From NCBI RefSeq assembly GCF_006345805.1, contig NC_043003.1:63240001-63304000 (forward strand): a stretch of 64,000 bases of DNA, given 5' to 3'. Position numbers and translations under genes: made by a program. This stretch comes from Octopus sinensis (taxonomy: Eukaryota). Each line of letters opens with the position of its first letter. The stretch's first letter is position 1. Of the stretch, positions 11,745-24,730 are shown piece by piece. The notes beneath the pieces were generated by a model. It saw nothing but the letters and a program-made list of their open reading frames with translations, was not told where the DNA came from and did no database searches.

Positions 11745-12134
11745 TAAAATGGAAGATAAGAAAGTTCATTTTTGGCACTTGACACTTTGGGAACCAGACT
11801 AAAATTGCTGCAGCTCAGCAGGGATGTGTTACTCCACCCTCCATATTCACCAGATATTGCTCCTTCAGATTTCCACTTATTCAAGTCTCTGCAGAATAGT
11901 CTTAATGGCAAAAATTTCCTTGGATGGTGTAAAAAGATACCTTGATGAATTCTTTGCCATGAAACCACCTCAATTCTGGGAAGAGGGTATTTTCAAGTTA
12001 AAGGAAAGGAAAAATGGAGACTCATTATGCAACAAAATGGTTCATATTTGGTTGATTAAAAATGTAATGGCAAGTATTTATTGACCTTTTTCTTTCCTTT
12101 AAAAATCAGCATGAACTTTCCAGACAACCGAATA
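11745..12134 (+). mobile_element. Internally deleted mariner element
   Basis: MEDKKVHF start fused to LLHPPYSPDIAPSDFHLFKSLQNSLNGKNF...DGVKRYLDEFFAMKPPQFWEEGIFKL (mariner YSPDLAPSD motif); TIR-like end GAACTTTCCAGACAACCGAATA then (TA)n. Confidence 0.85.
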
Positions 12135-12237
12135 TATATATATATATATATATATATTTAGAGAATGTTAGTTATGGCTGGTTCATAGTGTTGCCCAGGG
12201 TTTCATGTCCATAAAGCGCTACAGATATATTTTATCG

Positions 12238-12642
12238 TTATTCTTCTCTTGTCTCAGTCATTAGACTGTGGCCATGCTGAGACACCATTTTGAAGAATAT
12301 TTTTTATTTGAATGAATTGAATCCAGTAGTATATGTTTGTTTAAGCCAGGTACTTACTCTATTGATGTCTTTTGCCAAACCACTAAATTACAGAGATGTA
12401 AACACACCAACACTGGTTGTCAAGCATTGGTTGGGGATAAACACAGACACAAAGACAAACACACACACACTCACACATAGATACGACAGGCTTCTTTCAG
12501 TATCCATCTACCAAATCCACTCACAAGGCTATGGTCGACACAAGGCTATTATAGAAGACACTTGCCTGAGGTGCCATACAGTGAGACTGAACCCGGAACC
12601 ATGAGGTTGGGGAGCTAACATCTAACCACACAGCCATGCCTG
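12238..12642 (-). mobile_element. SINE family B, full length
   Basis: Same head, CORE-like segment, (TG)n and tail as 2215-2625. Confidence 0.85.
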
Positions 12643-12960
12643 AATAAAAAACTATATATATATCACACATGCACACGCACTCACATAATGTGATTTCAAC
12701 TCGATTTAATTTTTAGTTTCTTGGAGATGGTATTTCTCGATTTAAAGACAAATTTGAACCAAATTACAAGTCCATAAATTTGCAAGGATAGAATTTTGTT
12801 ACCGAAAATTTAAACCATGTCTGGTGGATGTGAAGCACTCACCTAATACAACCCCTAAATATACATTGCTGAAATATATGCACGCTCACATTCACACATG
12901 GGTTCACACTTAAACATTCATTGCTAATCTCCCACATATGTATAAAACCTCTCATCTATG

Positions 12961-12998
<38 letters not shown>

Positions 12999-12999
12999 A

Positions 13000-13502
13000 A
13001 ACTACATAAATAATATTTTTATAAACAAACCGGAAAGGCTTTGCGAATTACAAAGAGAAAGCTACTATGGAAGGCTCATAGTATAATAATTGTACAATAA
13101 CTGTATATAATATATATCATAATGATATTTAATCTCCGATTTTAAAACGACAATTTTTTAATATAAACAAATGACCGAAAAATGATGAGCTAATCTCAGG
13201 CTGAATCGAACCCACAAATCGTAGCTGTCATGGCTCCTTGCAAATCTGAATGGCCAAATGCTCACCCACCAATTTCAACTATAATTTGCGGGTTCGGTTC
13301 AGTCTGAGGTTAGCTCATCATTTTTGGTCATTTGTTTATATTTAAAAATTGTCTCTTTAAAATCAGAGACTAAATAACGTTATGATATATATTATATACA
13401 ATTATTGTTCAGTTATTATACTATGAGCCTTCCATAGTAGCTTTCTCTCTGTAACTCACAAAGCCTTTCGGGTTTGTTTATAAAAATATTAGTTATGTAG
13501 TT
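13000..13502. repeat. Long foldback (arms about 228 bp, spacer about 46 bp)
   Basis: 13000-13228 is the imperfect reverse complement of 13275-13502, e.g. AAAGCTACTATGGAAGGCTCATAGTATAATAA / TTATTATACTATGAGCCTTCCATAGTAGCTTT. Confidence 0.95.
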
Positions 13503-13644
13503 ATGTGTGTGTATATATATATATATATAAAGAAATAAAAAAGCACAGACAAGAAAATATACATTGCTGATCTAAACAGCCTACAGCTTAGAAAGCTGTT
13601 TGGATGCAAATAAAGGAGTGGAGAACATACTGTTGAGATGTATT

Positions 13645-13880
13645 GACAGTGGTGATGATGATTATGATGATGGTAGTGGTGGTGGTGTAAATGATGACAA
13701 TGATGACGACAACAGCAGTGGTGGTGTGGGGATGATGATGACAACAACAGTGGTGATGGTAATGATGATGATGTTGATGTTGAGAACAATCATGATGATG
13801 ACAATGATGATGATGACAATGATGATGGTGACAATGATGATGATGGTAGTGGTGATGATGATGATGATGTCGTTGATGAC
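13645..13880. repeat. (GAT/GAC/GGT)n microsatellite mosaic
   Basis: Direct inspection. Confidence 0.95.
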
Positions 13881-14044
13881 AAAGTTCTCTGATAGCAAGC
13901 AAAGAGAGAATTCTTTTACCTCTTTTACCTTCTACTTGCTTCTGTCATTGAGATGGTGCAATTGACTAACCCGCCCAACCACTAAAATTACCGTTCTTGC
14001 ATCAAACTTAGAAAGGAGTATCATTATTCATCATCATCATCATC

Positions 14045-14520
14045 AATATTGTTGTTGTTGTTGTCTTTATATTTTAATTCTCAAGCACTCAATCCTACTT
14101 AATTCTATGCGAGTGGACAGCAACCTGTTGTCAAAAATCTCACACGGTCCGTCAGGGTTGCTTCCCACAAATTATAAGACACGATGCCTAAATATCAAGT
14201 GTCACAGAAGATACTCAACATCAAAGTGCCAATCTCAAAATCCTAGCTGTCTCCAATAGAGTAGCTTTTTGAACATGTTCTACCCTCATGTCAATTCCAG
14301 TTTCTCCGATATATTTGTCAAACTCGGTTGTTAGTGCTTGAGTGCCTCTAGAACTATTAAGATGACAGTTACTCTTTCCATTGCCCATACTTTTGCAATT
14401 TTGTTCTGCGCATGTGTCCCTAGGTATGGCAATACCTCTGATCTTGGTTTCCTTTTCTTTCCCCCTTTATTATCCTCACCTGTGTGTGGCAGGGTTGGCA
14501 GGCTTCAACTAACACTATCT
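14045..14520 (-). mobile_element. R4/Dong-like non-LTR retrotransposon 3' end (RLE domain remnant)
   Basis: Frameshifted translation ETKIRGIAIPRD...IAKVWAMERVTVILIVL...TTEFDKYIGETGIDMRVEHVQKATLLETARILRLAL*, then a 3'UTR ending in (CAA)n. Confidence 0.8.
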
Positions 14521-14524
14521 TCTC

Positions 14525-14842
14525 CGAGACCCTGTGGCACAAGTTGACCAAAATTGAGAGTATGATAGAAGAAGGCTTGCTTTTCATTCCATAGAAGAAA
14601 AAATTCAAATCAGACCATGTTAAGACCAAAAATTATTTACATCAAAAAGGTGCTTTTTTCTATGAAAATCACTATTTTTTACACTTTTTTGACTTCTGTG
14701 TTGCCATTTTTCGGTGTATTTCAACCAGAAAAATGTTCACTTAAAGAGAATAACAAGCTACATAATGCAAAATTTTTACTTTTCAAAAATTCAATTCTAA
14801 AGGGTTGAAACAAACCCAAGCAATGCCAGGCGATACTGCTAG
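14525..14842 (+). mobile_element. Helitron-like element 3' portion
   Basis: Ends AACCCAAGCAATGCCAGGCGATACTG-CTAG|T, same terminus family as 178-205; 5' end not resolved. Confidence 0.55.
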
Positions 14843-15141
14843 TATAGAAAAGAATCCATTCTTTTCAGGCTGTGGAAGGTAAATTTGATGTTTGTAACTG
14901 ATAACACAAAACAACAGAAAAACACATGCATCCTATGATCCAGTGGTATGATTCACAACTCAGTGTATTGTCCAGGAGGAGAATTTTTGGCCAGGACTAT
15001 TTCCGTAGTGGAAGGCCTTCCTATGTCTGAGTGTGCTCAAGCATGTTTGATATAGCCCTACATGAATATATTTTATCCAATGCTGCTTCCTGTGATTATA
15101 TTATACATTCATGGTAAGAAGCTTGCTTCCCAACTGGTTCA

Positions 15142-15371
15142 GGGGTGAGCTGGTAGAAACGTTAGCATGCTGGGCAAAATGCTTAGTGGTATTTTGTCTG
15201 CCACTACATTCTGAGTTCAAATTCTGCCGAGGTCAACTTTGCCTTTCATCCTTTTGAGGTAGATAAATTAAGTACCAGTTAATGGGGTTGATCTAATTGA
15301 CTTAATCCCTTTGTCTGTTTTTGTTTGTCACCTCTATGTTTAGCCCCTTGTGGGCAATAAAGAAATAAGAA
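15142..15371 (+). mobile_element. SINE family A, full length, alternative tail
   Basis: GGTGAGCTGGTAGAAACGTTAG head, GAGTTCAAATTC B-box, Meta-like domain, tail TTTAGCCCCTTGTGGGCAATAAAGAAATAAGAA. Confidence 0.85.
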
Positions 15372-16830
15372 ACCTGTTCAGGAGGACTGTTGTAATCTTG
15401 GCTGCTTATACACCGATGGGTAACCTGCTTTATGGATCCATGAACTGGAAAAAACAGGAAAATTTGACTGTGCTAAGTTAGTGCTTCATGCTCATCAAAG
15501 ATGGTAAATACATTATAAATATTAAGCTCCCTCAAGACTAGAATCATGGGTCATAATGGGAAACTAATTTTTCTTTCCTCTCTTATGAAATACTAAAGCA
15601 GTTGTCACAAGATAGCATTGCCACACATCACAGCAAGTTGTATCATTATAACTATTTGATAGACAACAGGATAATAGCATAGCAAAAGTAATTTACACTG
15701 TCATTATGTGTGAGATGTTTACGTTATGGGTTGTCTAGGCTTAACTACCCAGATATCAGTTCCACAAGCCATTTAGCTCCAGCATGTCACATAACCTTGT
15801 CATTAGCTGAAATTGTTGTTTGTATTGGTCGGTTTCCAGTCCCCCCAATCATGTTGGAACAATAGTTCATTTTTCCTTACGTGGGAAATTCATCTCCAGC
15901 TCCTGGGAGCCTACAGTTCTCTATTAGAACGACAGTTTTTGACTGTTCTAGGTCTTTGGCACATACCACTGATCACACACAACTCATTTCTGGTAATGAT
16001 GCATGTGACACATGCCAGTCTCTGCTTTCATCTTCTCTGCCAGATACCTGCCTATATCGTTGCTGTATGAACACTACACGGCCAACAGACCAACGGCTAC
16101 CTCTACTCACCACCAAACAGTACATCAACTTTGTCTACAAGATCCAGCCTAACCACAAAGTCTCTCACACATATTTGTTGTAATCTGTTATTTTATTTCA
16201 AGTATGACAATCATTGTATTTTACAATGGAAAATAAATCATTGCTTACCAGTTTCATTTCATCTCAAATCATTTATCATTTCCACATTTCCTTTATTCAC
16301 CATCCTCATTATAATAGGAAAAAAACGTAAGGTCCAACGACAACTAACATTTAACTCATGTTATTTGCTTTTACAACTCTCATTATTATAATTTCTTTTT
16401 TGTATCCTACTCTTCCTCGTTAATTAACCAGCTTCATAACTTACCTGCCTGCTATTTGAATTAATTTACTTGCTTTTTTATATTTATATTTGGTCTTTTA
16501 TATAAAACTTAATCTTTCTTATTCATTTTCACACTCCCCTCTGACTACGTTTTCATGATAAGAAGTTGTGTATGGAAATTCACTGAAAATTTTTTAATTG
16601 AAACTGATTTTTCTTCATAATAATATTGTCTTTAGAGCATCATAATACAATCTAGCCATATTTTGTTTTTACGTTTAATAAGACACACTTGGAAATAAAG
16701 ATTAAGGCAGTTCAATGATGTTTCTGTTTGCATCTTCATTTTTTATTAATACTTATGCAAGGCTAGTATTTTCTGCAAAATTGCTCACTCAGCAGAACAC
16801 AAGACATCTTTGGGCTTTCTATTTCATACC

Positions 16831-18130
16831 ATGGCTTCAGAAGAAACTAATTATTTAAGGAAGAGACATGTGACCTCTCTGTGATTAAAAAGCTTGAGAT
16901 TGTAAGAAAGTTAGAGGATGTTGCATTGGTTACATGAGTTTGTGAAAAGTAGGATGTTAAACAATAAAACAATAAAGTTTTAGGCAATTGCAGTGCTAAT
17001 GACAAACTCATGGCATTTGTAAAAAAAGAATCTCAATGCAAGTTCTAAATCATCATTTCTTTGTGCAAGTAAGAGAATGAGACTTATAAAAGATACATAT
17101 CTTGAGCAGACAGTGACAAATTGGTTTATTCACAAATGATCACATGACACCAACGTTTGTTGTATAGAAATTCAAAGTGCTGCTACTAAATTAGTTAAGC
17201 ATATGAACAACAAGAATTTTAAAGCTGAAAGCATGTGGTTATGGCAATTTAGAATTGCCATAAATACATGCTATCACATAGAATGGAGGATAATATTATC
17301 CGAAGGCATCTAATTTCCTAAGATAATAAAATTACCCATAGTGAATCAGGCAATGCATCAAGGGGAGAAATGGAACCATTCAGAAAGAGCATAAATATGA
17401 AGCTCTTCCAATGTTGCAAGTGTATAATGAGGACGAGACTGGATTCTATGTGCAGTCACTACCTTGGAATTCCCAAGAATGCAAGAATAGACTTTACACC
17501 TGGTTATCAATTAAGGTACATTTTATGATATTGTGTTGTGTAAACACAAATCATTTAAACCTTTTTAAAGTCAGTGGTGGTGGGGAATTCTACAAAACCT
17601 TGAGATTTGAAAGATGTAATGTACTAACTAAAAGGTAATGAGTAAATGTATCGACAACCAGAGGATTATTATCACTCCACTCCAAGAAACTGTGGTTCAA
17701 CAGGTACATTTTACATGGTAAGATTTTCTCACATTTTATTCCAGTAGTGAATAAATATCTAGAAGATGCCTTCAAAATTTTTCTTGAAGTGAAAATGCTA
17801 ATAACTTTGGACGATGCACAAACTCGCCCTGTTATCCTCAGCTTGTCAGTGATGACGGTAAAGTAAGATGCATGTTCTTGCTATCCGATGTTACTTTGAC
17901 AATGAAACCAACAGAATGAGGTATACCTATAGCTTGAAAGAGATTATATCAACGAAGATATTTGTATGAAGTTATGGCATTAGAAGATTACAATCACACA
18001 CAAGAAGCAAAAAGAACTGTCAGTAATGCTAAAAACTCAAGCCTTAAGTTTGTAAAATTCAATTTAGCAGCTTCTTGGAATGCATTAAAAACAAATGCTT
18101 AAGCCAATACTTGTTAAGAACTTTTGTACA
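16831..18130 (+). mobile_element. Decayed Tigger/pogo-like transposase (CENP-B HTH + DDE)
   Basis: Fragments KRHVTSL, KRMRLIKDTYLEQTVTNWF, NFKAESMWLWQFR, QVYNEDETGFY, MLITLDDAQTRP, CMFLLSDVT..KPTE*GI; many stops and frameshifts. Confidence 0.85.
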
Positions 18131-19014
18131 ATTTTGAGGTAGAAAACAAATTTGAAAATAATCAAGTCAAGAGACTTTCCTAATGTATTTCTGAAGGCAG
18201 ACAAAACAGATATTACATAGGACAGTTTTGGAACCTGATAAGAAGGCTGAAAGGCTCACCCTGAGCACCAAGTTGTAACAGAAGAAGAATAAATAAGAAA
18301 ATTTTCCCATAACTATAACAAAGATGACAAGGATGAGGAAGATGCTGAAGTGTAGAGCAAACAACCCAAACACTCCGTTATACAAGAATTCCCTGATAAC
18401 GTCATTCCATACGTTAATTTGTCGACAGTAACTGATAATATTCAGCAACATTATCAATGTCTAAGAGCCTAAGGGGAACTTATCAGCAAGCAGTATCAAA
18501 GATTTTGTTGCTATTTTTGCTAGTTGAGCAACTTCATAAAGACTCTTACTTGTTGGTTCGTATTATTAGAAGTGAAATTGATAAGTCTCTGTGGTGGGAG
18601 ACTATCAGTTCCTGGTTTGAATTCAAATTCACTACTGGCAGTTCATTGTGTATCACGGCTGTACATGTCATTCTGCATACTTCAGCATACAAAGCTGTTT
18701 CAAAATCTATTAACAGGTTTTTTAACGTTGTTATCTGAGATAGACAGGTGTCCCAGCCAAGAACAAATTTATTTCTCTTCTGTTTATTAACATGAAACTT
18801 CAGTCAGTCAAGCCACATGGTATTGGAAATATTTATATTCAATTACTTGTGGATCATAGACATGAAATATCAGATTTATTTATAAATGTGGTCAGGGCTA
18901 TCATACATTGAATAAAACAACTACGTCTGTCATTGATTAGAAATGACAACCTTCTCAGAAGTTTCAAAAAACTTGAATTCTTCTTATGTGCATTACTCCC
19001 TCATCTATGTGTGA

Positions 19015-19490
19015 AATGTTGGTGTGTGGTAAGTAGTTCACTTCACAACCAAGTGGTCTAAGGTTCAGTCCCACTGTGTGGTACCTAGGGCAAGTGTCCT
19101 TTTATTATAGCCCTGGGTCAAACCAAAACCTTATGAGTGAATTTTGTAAACAGAAACTAAAAACAGCTTGTCATTATATATATATATATATACACTGTGT
19201 GTGTGTTTTTTTTCTGAGTGTATGCATATGTGTAGGTGTATACGTGTATCCCTCTGTCTTGACATCACATGATTGTTGTAAATGAGCATCATTGTCATAC
19301 AAGTGAGGTTGTTTATTTCCAGTCTTCTGTGAAAAACATGTCTAACGATGGGAAAATATTACTTTACTTAGAAAGAGATGAGGGTTGATTACAGAAAGGG
19401 CATCCAGCTGTAGAAGATCGACCTGCCTCAACAAATTCCATCTGACCCATGCAAGCTTGGAAAAACAGGCATTAAATAGTAATAATGAAT
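19015..19490 (+). mobile_element. Chimeric SINE: family B head/CORE with family C (RTE-like) tail
   Basis: AGGTTCAGTCCCACTGTGTGGTACCTAGGGCAAGTGTCC...(TA/TG)n...AGAAAGGGCATCCAGCTGTAG...GACCCATGCAAGCTTGGAAAA. Confidence 0.7.
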
Positions 19491-19529
19491 AATGATACAC
19501 AAAGAAAGGGAGGGATATATATATATATA

Positions 19530-19695
19530 TATATAGTTGATTAGATTGACCCCAGTATGCAACTGGTATTTAATTTACTGACCCTGAAAGGATGAAAAAC
19601 AAAGTCAGCCTTGGTGGAATTTGAACCCAGAATGTAAATGCAGATGAAATACCGCTAAGCATTTCGCCCGGTGTGCTAACGTTTCTGCCAACTTG
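19530..19695 (-). mobile_element. SINE family A
   Basis: GACCCCAGTATGCAACTGGTA...GAAAGGATGAAAAAC...GAATTTGAACCCAG...CATTTCGCCCGG. Confidence 0.85.
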
Positions 19696-20897
19696 TTGCC
19701 TTAGATGTGGAGATAGATTAAACAACAGAAAAATGCATTCACAACAAATCACCAAGGTTAAATATTAGTATCAAAAGTTATTTATGCTTTCAAGGACGCA
19801 AAAACTACACCTGATCACTCACAAATGTTGAAGCTAAGTGTAATAGGGCAGCCATAGTTTCTAAATAAGCCTGACTGTTGTTATAGAAACCAGTTCAGAT
19901 CATGTGATGGAACCAGAAGTTAGATGACTGCTGTGCTTTGTGGTGTTAGCTGGATGGCTATCAAATAGAGATCAATTCCTGTGCAACAGTTAGGAGTTGT
20001 CTCCGTCACTAACATAGCTAAAGACAAGGTGAGAGGGAGGTCTATCCACCCTGGGTGATGCTATTACGAGGGTGGTACTTTTGGATGTACTGTATAAGCC
20101 TGTATAGACTGTGAAGACCCAAAAGAGTGGCAAAATCAAGGGCTATCTCGGGCAGTGCGTACTTTAGTTACACCACTGATTTCTGTTGGAAGATTCACTT
20201 AGCATATGTATTCTTTCAGGGGAAAACTCCACCTCTCACTCTTGCCATATCTGGAAGCACAAGAACAAAAGAAATCACTTACTTATTATAATTTTAACTA
20301 CTCTCTACAAAGTGTCTCTTTATTTATTCTGAGCATGTAACTATCGCACTTTTTAATCGCTATGAGGAATTGCAGAAATTGCTATCGTCAACTTAATAAA
20401 AAGACTGAACTTTCATCTTGCCATCATGAATGGAGTTCTCAGTTAGCTAATTTTCAACTGTTAATTTCAAACACTATCACATAACTTTTTAATGGAATTT
20501 TAAATTTTGCAGGAATCAGACTACCCTTATGTATAGCATAGCTTAGCATCGGTGTAACCGAATCTTCAAACACGTTTTTTGCATTAATGAAGCTATAAAT
20601 GATACAAAGTAAAGTCTCAAACTGTTGATGTATATATGTGTGTGTGTGTGCATGCATGTATGTGTGTGTGTGTGTGCATGCATGCATGTGTGTATGTGTG
20701 ATCATCTTTCTCATTATTAGCATTAACATTTGTCTTTCCTGCTGGTATGGGTTGAGCAAATAATCAGAATTCAATGAGCCAGAAGACTGTGGCATGGCCT
20801 CAATGTTTTCTCTCACAAATTTTAAGCAATTTCTAAAATATTGCAGAGATGTACTTGCATAGCAAGTGGCCTGATCTGAGATCGTGTGCCAAAACAA

Positions 20898-21196
20898 AAA
20901 CAATTGCAGTGTGGAAGGTGTTTATAAGCCATTTAAAAACACACAAAAACTATTAAATTCACTTCAACATTTAAATTTAATTTGCCAAAATATTTTCATT
21001 GCTTTGAGACCATGATCTATTCACTAACAAAATTCAGCACTGACAAGATGAAGCACAGAATTTTGTCAGTGAACAGGTTGCAGTCTCAAAGCGGCAAAAA
21101 TATTTTGACAAATTAAATTCAAATGTTGAAGTGAATCTAACAGTTTTTTGTGTGTTTTCAAATGGCTTATAAACACCTTCCATGCTGCAATTGTTT
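20898..21196. repeat. Foldback (arms about 138 bp, spacer about 22 bp)
   Basis: GGAAGGTGTTTATAAGCCATTT / AAATGGCTTATAAACACCTTCC and the rest of the arms are reverse complements. Confidence 0.95.
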
Positions 21197-21229
21197 CTAA
21201 AATATTAGTTAGTAAGAAAAATAACAGAA

Positions 21230-21830
21230 CCTGATGCCAATGAGAAGATGACTCTGCTCAATATGCAGAAAAGAAGCAAGTGAGAATTCTATACAGTACA
21301 CCCAATGTAAACTATGGACACGCAAGCCGTGTAGTGGGATCATTGACTGGATTTTAGGGAACAAAGATTTTATGCAAGCCACATGCACAAAATGAGTCAG
21401 CAGGAAAAGTATGAGCGAAATATATTCTTTTAAATGCAAGATAGGTAACCTGGGAGTTGATAGCTTCTGTTTTCTAGGTGACTAGAAAAGGGTTTCCTGA
21501 AAGTATAGTTGCCAATATAAAAAAAAGAGGGTAGAAAAGTTCAGAGATTTCCTACTTCTGCTGGCATGAAAAAACTTCTTTTATAGAGTGAAGGGTAAAT
21601 TTTATGCTGCTTGTTTTCAAAGTATGATGCTACATGATAGCAAGTTGCAGGTCTTTAATGCAGAAAATTTAATAAGATTGGAAAGAAGCTGAATAAATAT
21701 GCTCTCTTGGGTGTGAAATATTAGTATGTATAAATGATGGAGCACAAATAAGCTGAGAGAAAAACTGATTATTAGAGTTATTAGATATACTGTGCAAAGG
21801 AGGAGACTATACTGTGATGGAGTGCCTTCA
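21230..21830 (+). mobile_element. RTE-clade LINE fragment (post-RT region)
   Basis: CSICRKEASENSIQYTQCKLWTRKPCSGI (Cys-rich insert) followed by RVKGKFYAACFQSMMLH..RLERS*..NKLREKL..VQRRRL, typical of RTE C-termini. Confidence 0.8.
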
Positions 21831-22699
21831 GTACTCCCTCAGCAATATTGTTTCTATTCAATCTCCTTACCAACAAACCTCATGTAGCTACCTATCACAC
21901 ATATACTTTCTCTCTCTCTCTCAATCTTTCTTTCATTGCACTCACTTTTATTGCCTTCTCACTGTGAGTCTCTTTCATCTCTCTCCCTTCTTCCCACTGT
22001 TAAAGAGACAACTATCTTGTGATGAATGAACAGAGACAACATGGTATTGTGAGATTTCTTTAGTCTTATCAGGAACACAGCAAATACTTAAATGATAGTG
22101 CTTTGGTAAAATGCATCTGCTACTTTCGGTAAAGCGGTTAGCAAATAATCACAGAAAAGCAGAGTCAAATGGATCCTTTCATCTACCTGACAACCTCTCT
22201 GGAGTTAGAAAATTACTATTTCTAAATCTCACAATGGGAGATATTCAGTAACAGTACTTTGTAATAAAGATTGTTTGCCAACATAACATGGCAGACCTGG
22301 TTTAGGATTAATGCTACTGTAATTTAGCCCCCAGGAGACATCGTCTCCAGCTGGCTATATGACATGATCTGTGTCCTTATGTTTTTGAACAAGGGAATCT
22401 AGCACCCCAACTCAGCTCAAAACAATATCTGTGTATCACGATTCCTGGGTTATTTCCCTTCATCAGAATAGAATAATTGCTCAGCTAGAGGTGGCACTGC
22501 CAAGTTCCCATTTGAAATATATAGTTTTCAAAGTGAAAACTAGTCACTGATTTATAAATTAGAAAATTACAATTTCTAAATTGCTAGAGTTGGTGTCAGA
22601 AAAATGCACTCAGCACAATCTGTAAAATGACTGGTGAATGAATGGAGATCATGCAGTGTAGAGAAAACTCTTAACAGAAAAGACACAATGAAGTTCTCC

Positions 22700-23100
22700 T
22701 TTTGGCTCATTGTTGGAATATATCATTGTGGTGTCTTTTCTATAAGTATTTCCATGCTTGTTGTTCTGATGGACTTTTTAGTCAAGTACCCTCTGTCGAA
22801 ACTTTTAAACATGTCACCCTTTTCTTCCCTGATGCATCATTTCTCTACTGAGCTTGATGTTAATCACAATTCTTTTTATTCTAACACCTTCTTTCCTTGT
22901 ACTGCTGCCGTCTGGAACTCATTTATCATCATGTTTTCCTCTGGATTATGATATTCAGTCCTTTAAGATTTCTGTTTATCAACTTCTTTTGAATTTGTAG
23001 GCCCCTTTTTTTCTCCCTTATTGTAGTCCTTTATGCAACAGTAGCTTTAAGCCTTGTTGGCACAAAACCGTTCATACCAAAATAGAAAAAATAATGTTGC
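22700..23100 (+). mobile_element. CR1/L2/Jockey-type LINE 3' end
   Basis: KYFHACCSDGL..HHFSTELDVNHNSFYSNTFFPCTAAVWNS..YDIQSFK resembles the FFPRT..LWN.LP...D...FK terminal motif. Confidence 0.7.
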
Positions 23101-23459
23101 CATGAAAACGACAACTCTCCTACTACTGGATCCTTGTAAAATGATTAGCAACAGGAAAGACATCCGACTACAGGACCCAAACCAACAACAAAAGGTAGAA
23201 TGTACAGGTGAGATTTAATCCCTAATCCAGTTAGGAGAGTAGAAACACTGAATGGGAATTGACTCTATCCATGATAACTTATTAACCCATGACACACTGT
23301 ATGAAACAGAGAACATAATATAATAAAGATAATGAGGGTATATATATATATATGCTTGCGTGTTTGTATATATACATGCACACTCTCACACATATATCTT
23401 CTCAATTACACACATAAAAAACAACTCATTTTTAATTATATATACATCTATCTATTTAT

Positions 23460-23502
23460 CTATCCATCTATATATCTATCGATCTATTTATGTTTCTCTC
23501 TT

Positions 23503-23540
<38 letters not shown>

Positions 23541-23710
23541 TACATGCATATATACATATATGTATATCTATATACATATATATATATAATTATATATGTA
23601 TGTATCTGTTTATATATATTTATATATATATATGTGTATATATATATGTATTCATTAAGAAAAACAGAGAAAGGGAGAGAAAGGAAAGAGAGAGAGAGAA
23701 AGAGAGAATG
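23460..23710. repeat. (TCTA)/(TC)/(TA)/(GA)n compound microsatellite
   Basis: Direct inspection. Confidence 0.95.
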
Positions 23711-24096
23711 TAGCTGAGAAAGTTTGCTAAATGGAATGTTTTAGATTCTGTGTAAAAAGTTATTTTATTTCTAAAGTTTATTGAAGACAACAACTAAATC
23801 AATTATTTGTCTGTCTCCTTTCTGTTGGCTGTTATCTTTCACTGAGTCAATAATTTCGTTTCAACTTCACAAATCAACAAACTTTAATCTTATTTCAAAC
23901 CCAGTTTCTTTAATTTACTTAAATTCCACCCAACCAAAACTAGATTAAATTGATTACAGGGGACTAAAAATAATAGCAAAAACAGAGAAAAAACAAAAAA
24001 GATGACAACGATTATAGTTTGAATTTAATAATTGTTATAAATATATTCTGTACTATATTGTAATAAACAAAAGCAGCTGAGAGAAAAATAACACAA

Positions 24097-24134
<38 letters not shown>

Positions 24135-24379
24135 GCACACACGTAAGCTATTTTTTGACCAAATGTTTTAAATCCCCCTGAGTTTTATATTTGCTGAATT
24201 TTGTAACAGAAATAATTTCTCTCTAACAGAGAATAATGATAAACCAAAATCTCATTTAATAAACTAAACCTGCCTAAAGAATTTTATTTTCCATTGCTGC
24301 TGTTGTTGTTGCTGCTATTATGCTTTTTTTTTTTTGTTTTTGTTTGTGTTTTAGGTACATGTTGAATTAGTTCTCTTTC

Positions 24380-24730
24380 TTCATCTACCACCACCACCAC
24401 CACCACCACCACCACCACCACTACTACTATTACTACACTTCAATCTTTTCCCTCTTCTTTTTCTTGTGGTTGTTGTTTTTCTTTTTCTTCCCCTTTTTCC
24501 TATTCTTCTTCTTCCCCTTCTTTTTCTTCTTCTTCCCCTTCTTTTTTTCTTCTTCTTTTTCCCCTTCTTTTTCTTCTTGTCCTTCTCGGCTTCCTCCTTC
24601 CCCTCCATTGTCATCCGCAACTTTTCCTCCTCCTCCCCCTCTACCTCTTCCCCTATCAATTCTTTATCATCATTTCTACTTCCCTTCTCCTCTTACTCCC
24701 CCCTCCTCCTCCTCCTCCCTTATTCCCTCT
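24380..24730. repeat. (CCA)n plus pyrimidine-rich (CTT/CCT) tract
   Basis: Direct inspection; source of the Lys/Arg- and Phe-rich ORFs. Confidence 0.95.

Noticed and set aside
14869-14878. Possible 10-nt microexon (TTTTCAG|GCTGTGGAAG|GTAAAT)
   Set aside because: Frame-shifting length; such short matches are expected by chance in 64 kb.
15382-15423. EDCCNLGC resembling an insulin A-chain CCxxxC
   Set aside because: Stop codon precedes the required fourth Cys; no B chain or signal peptide.
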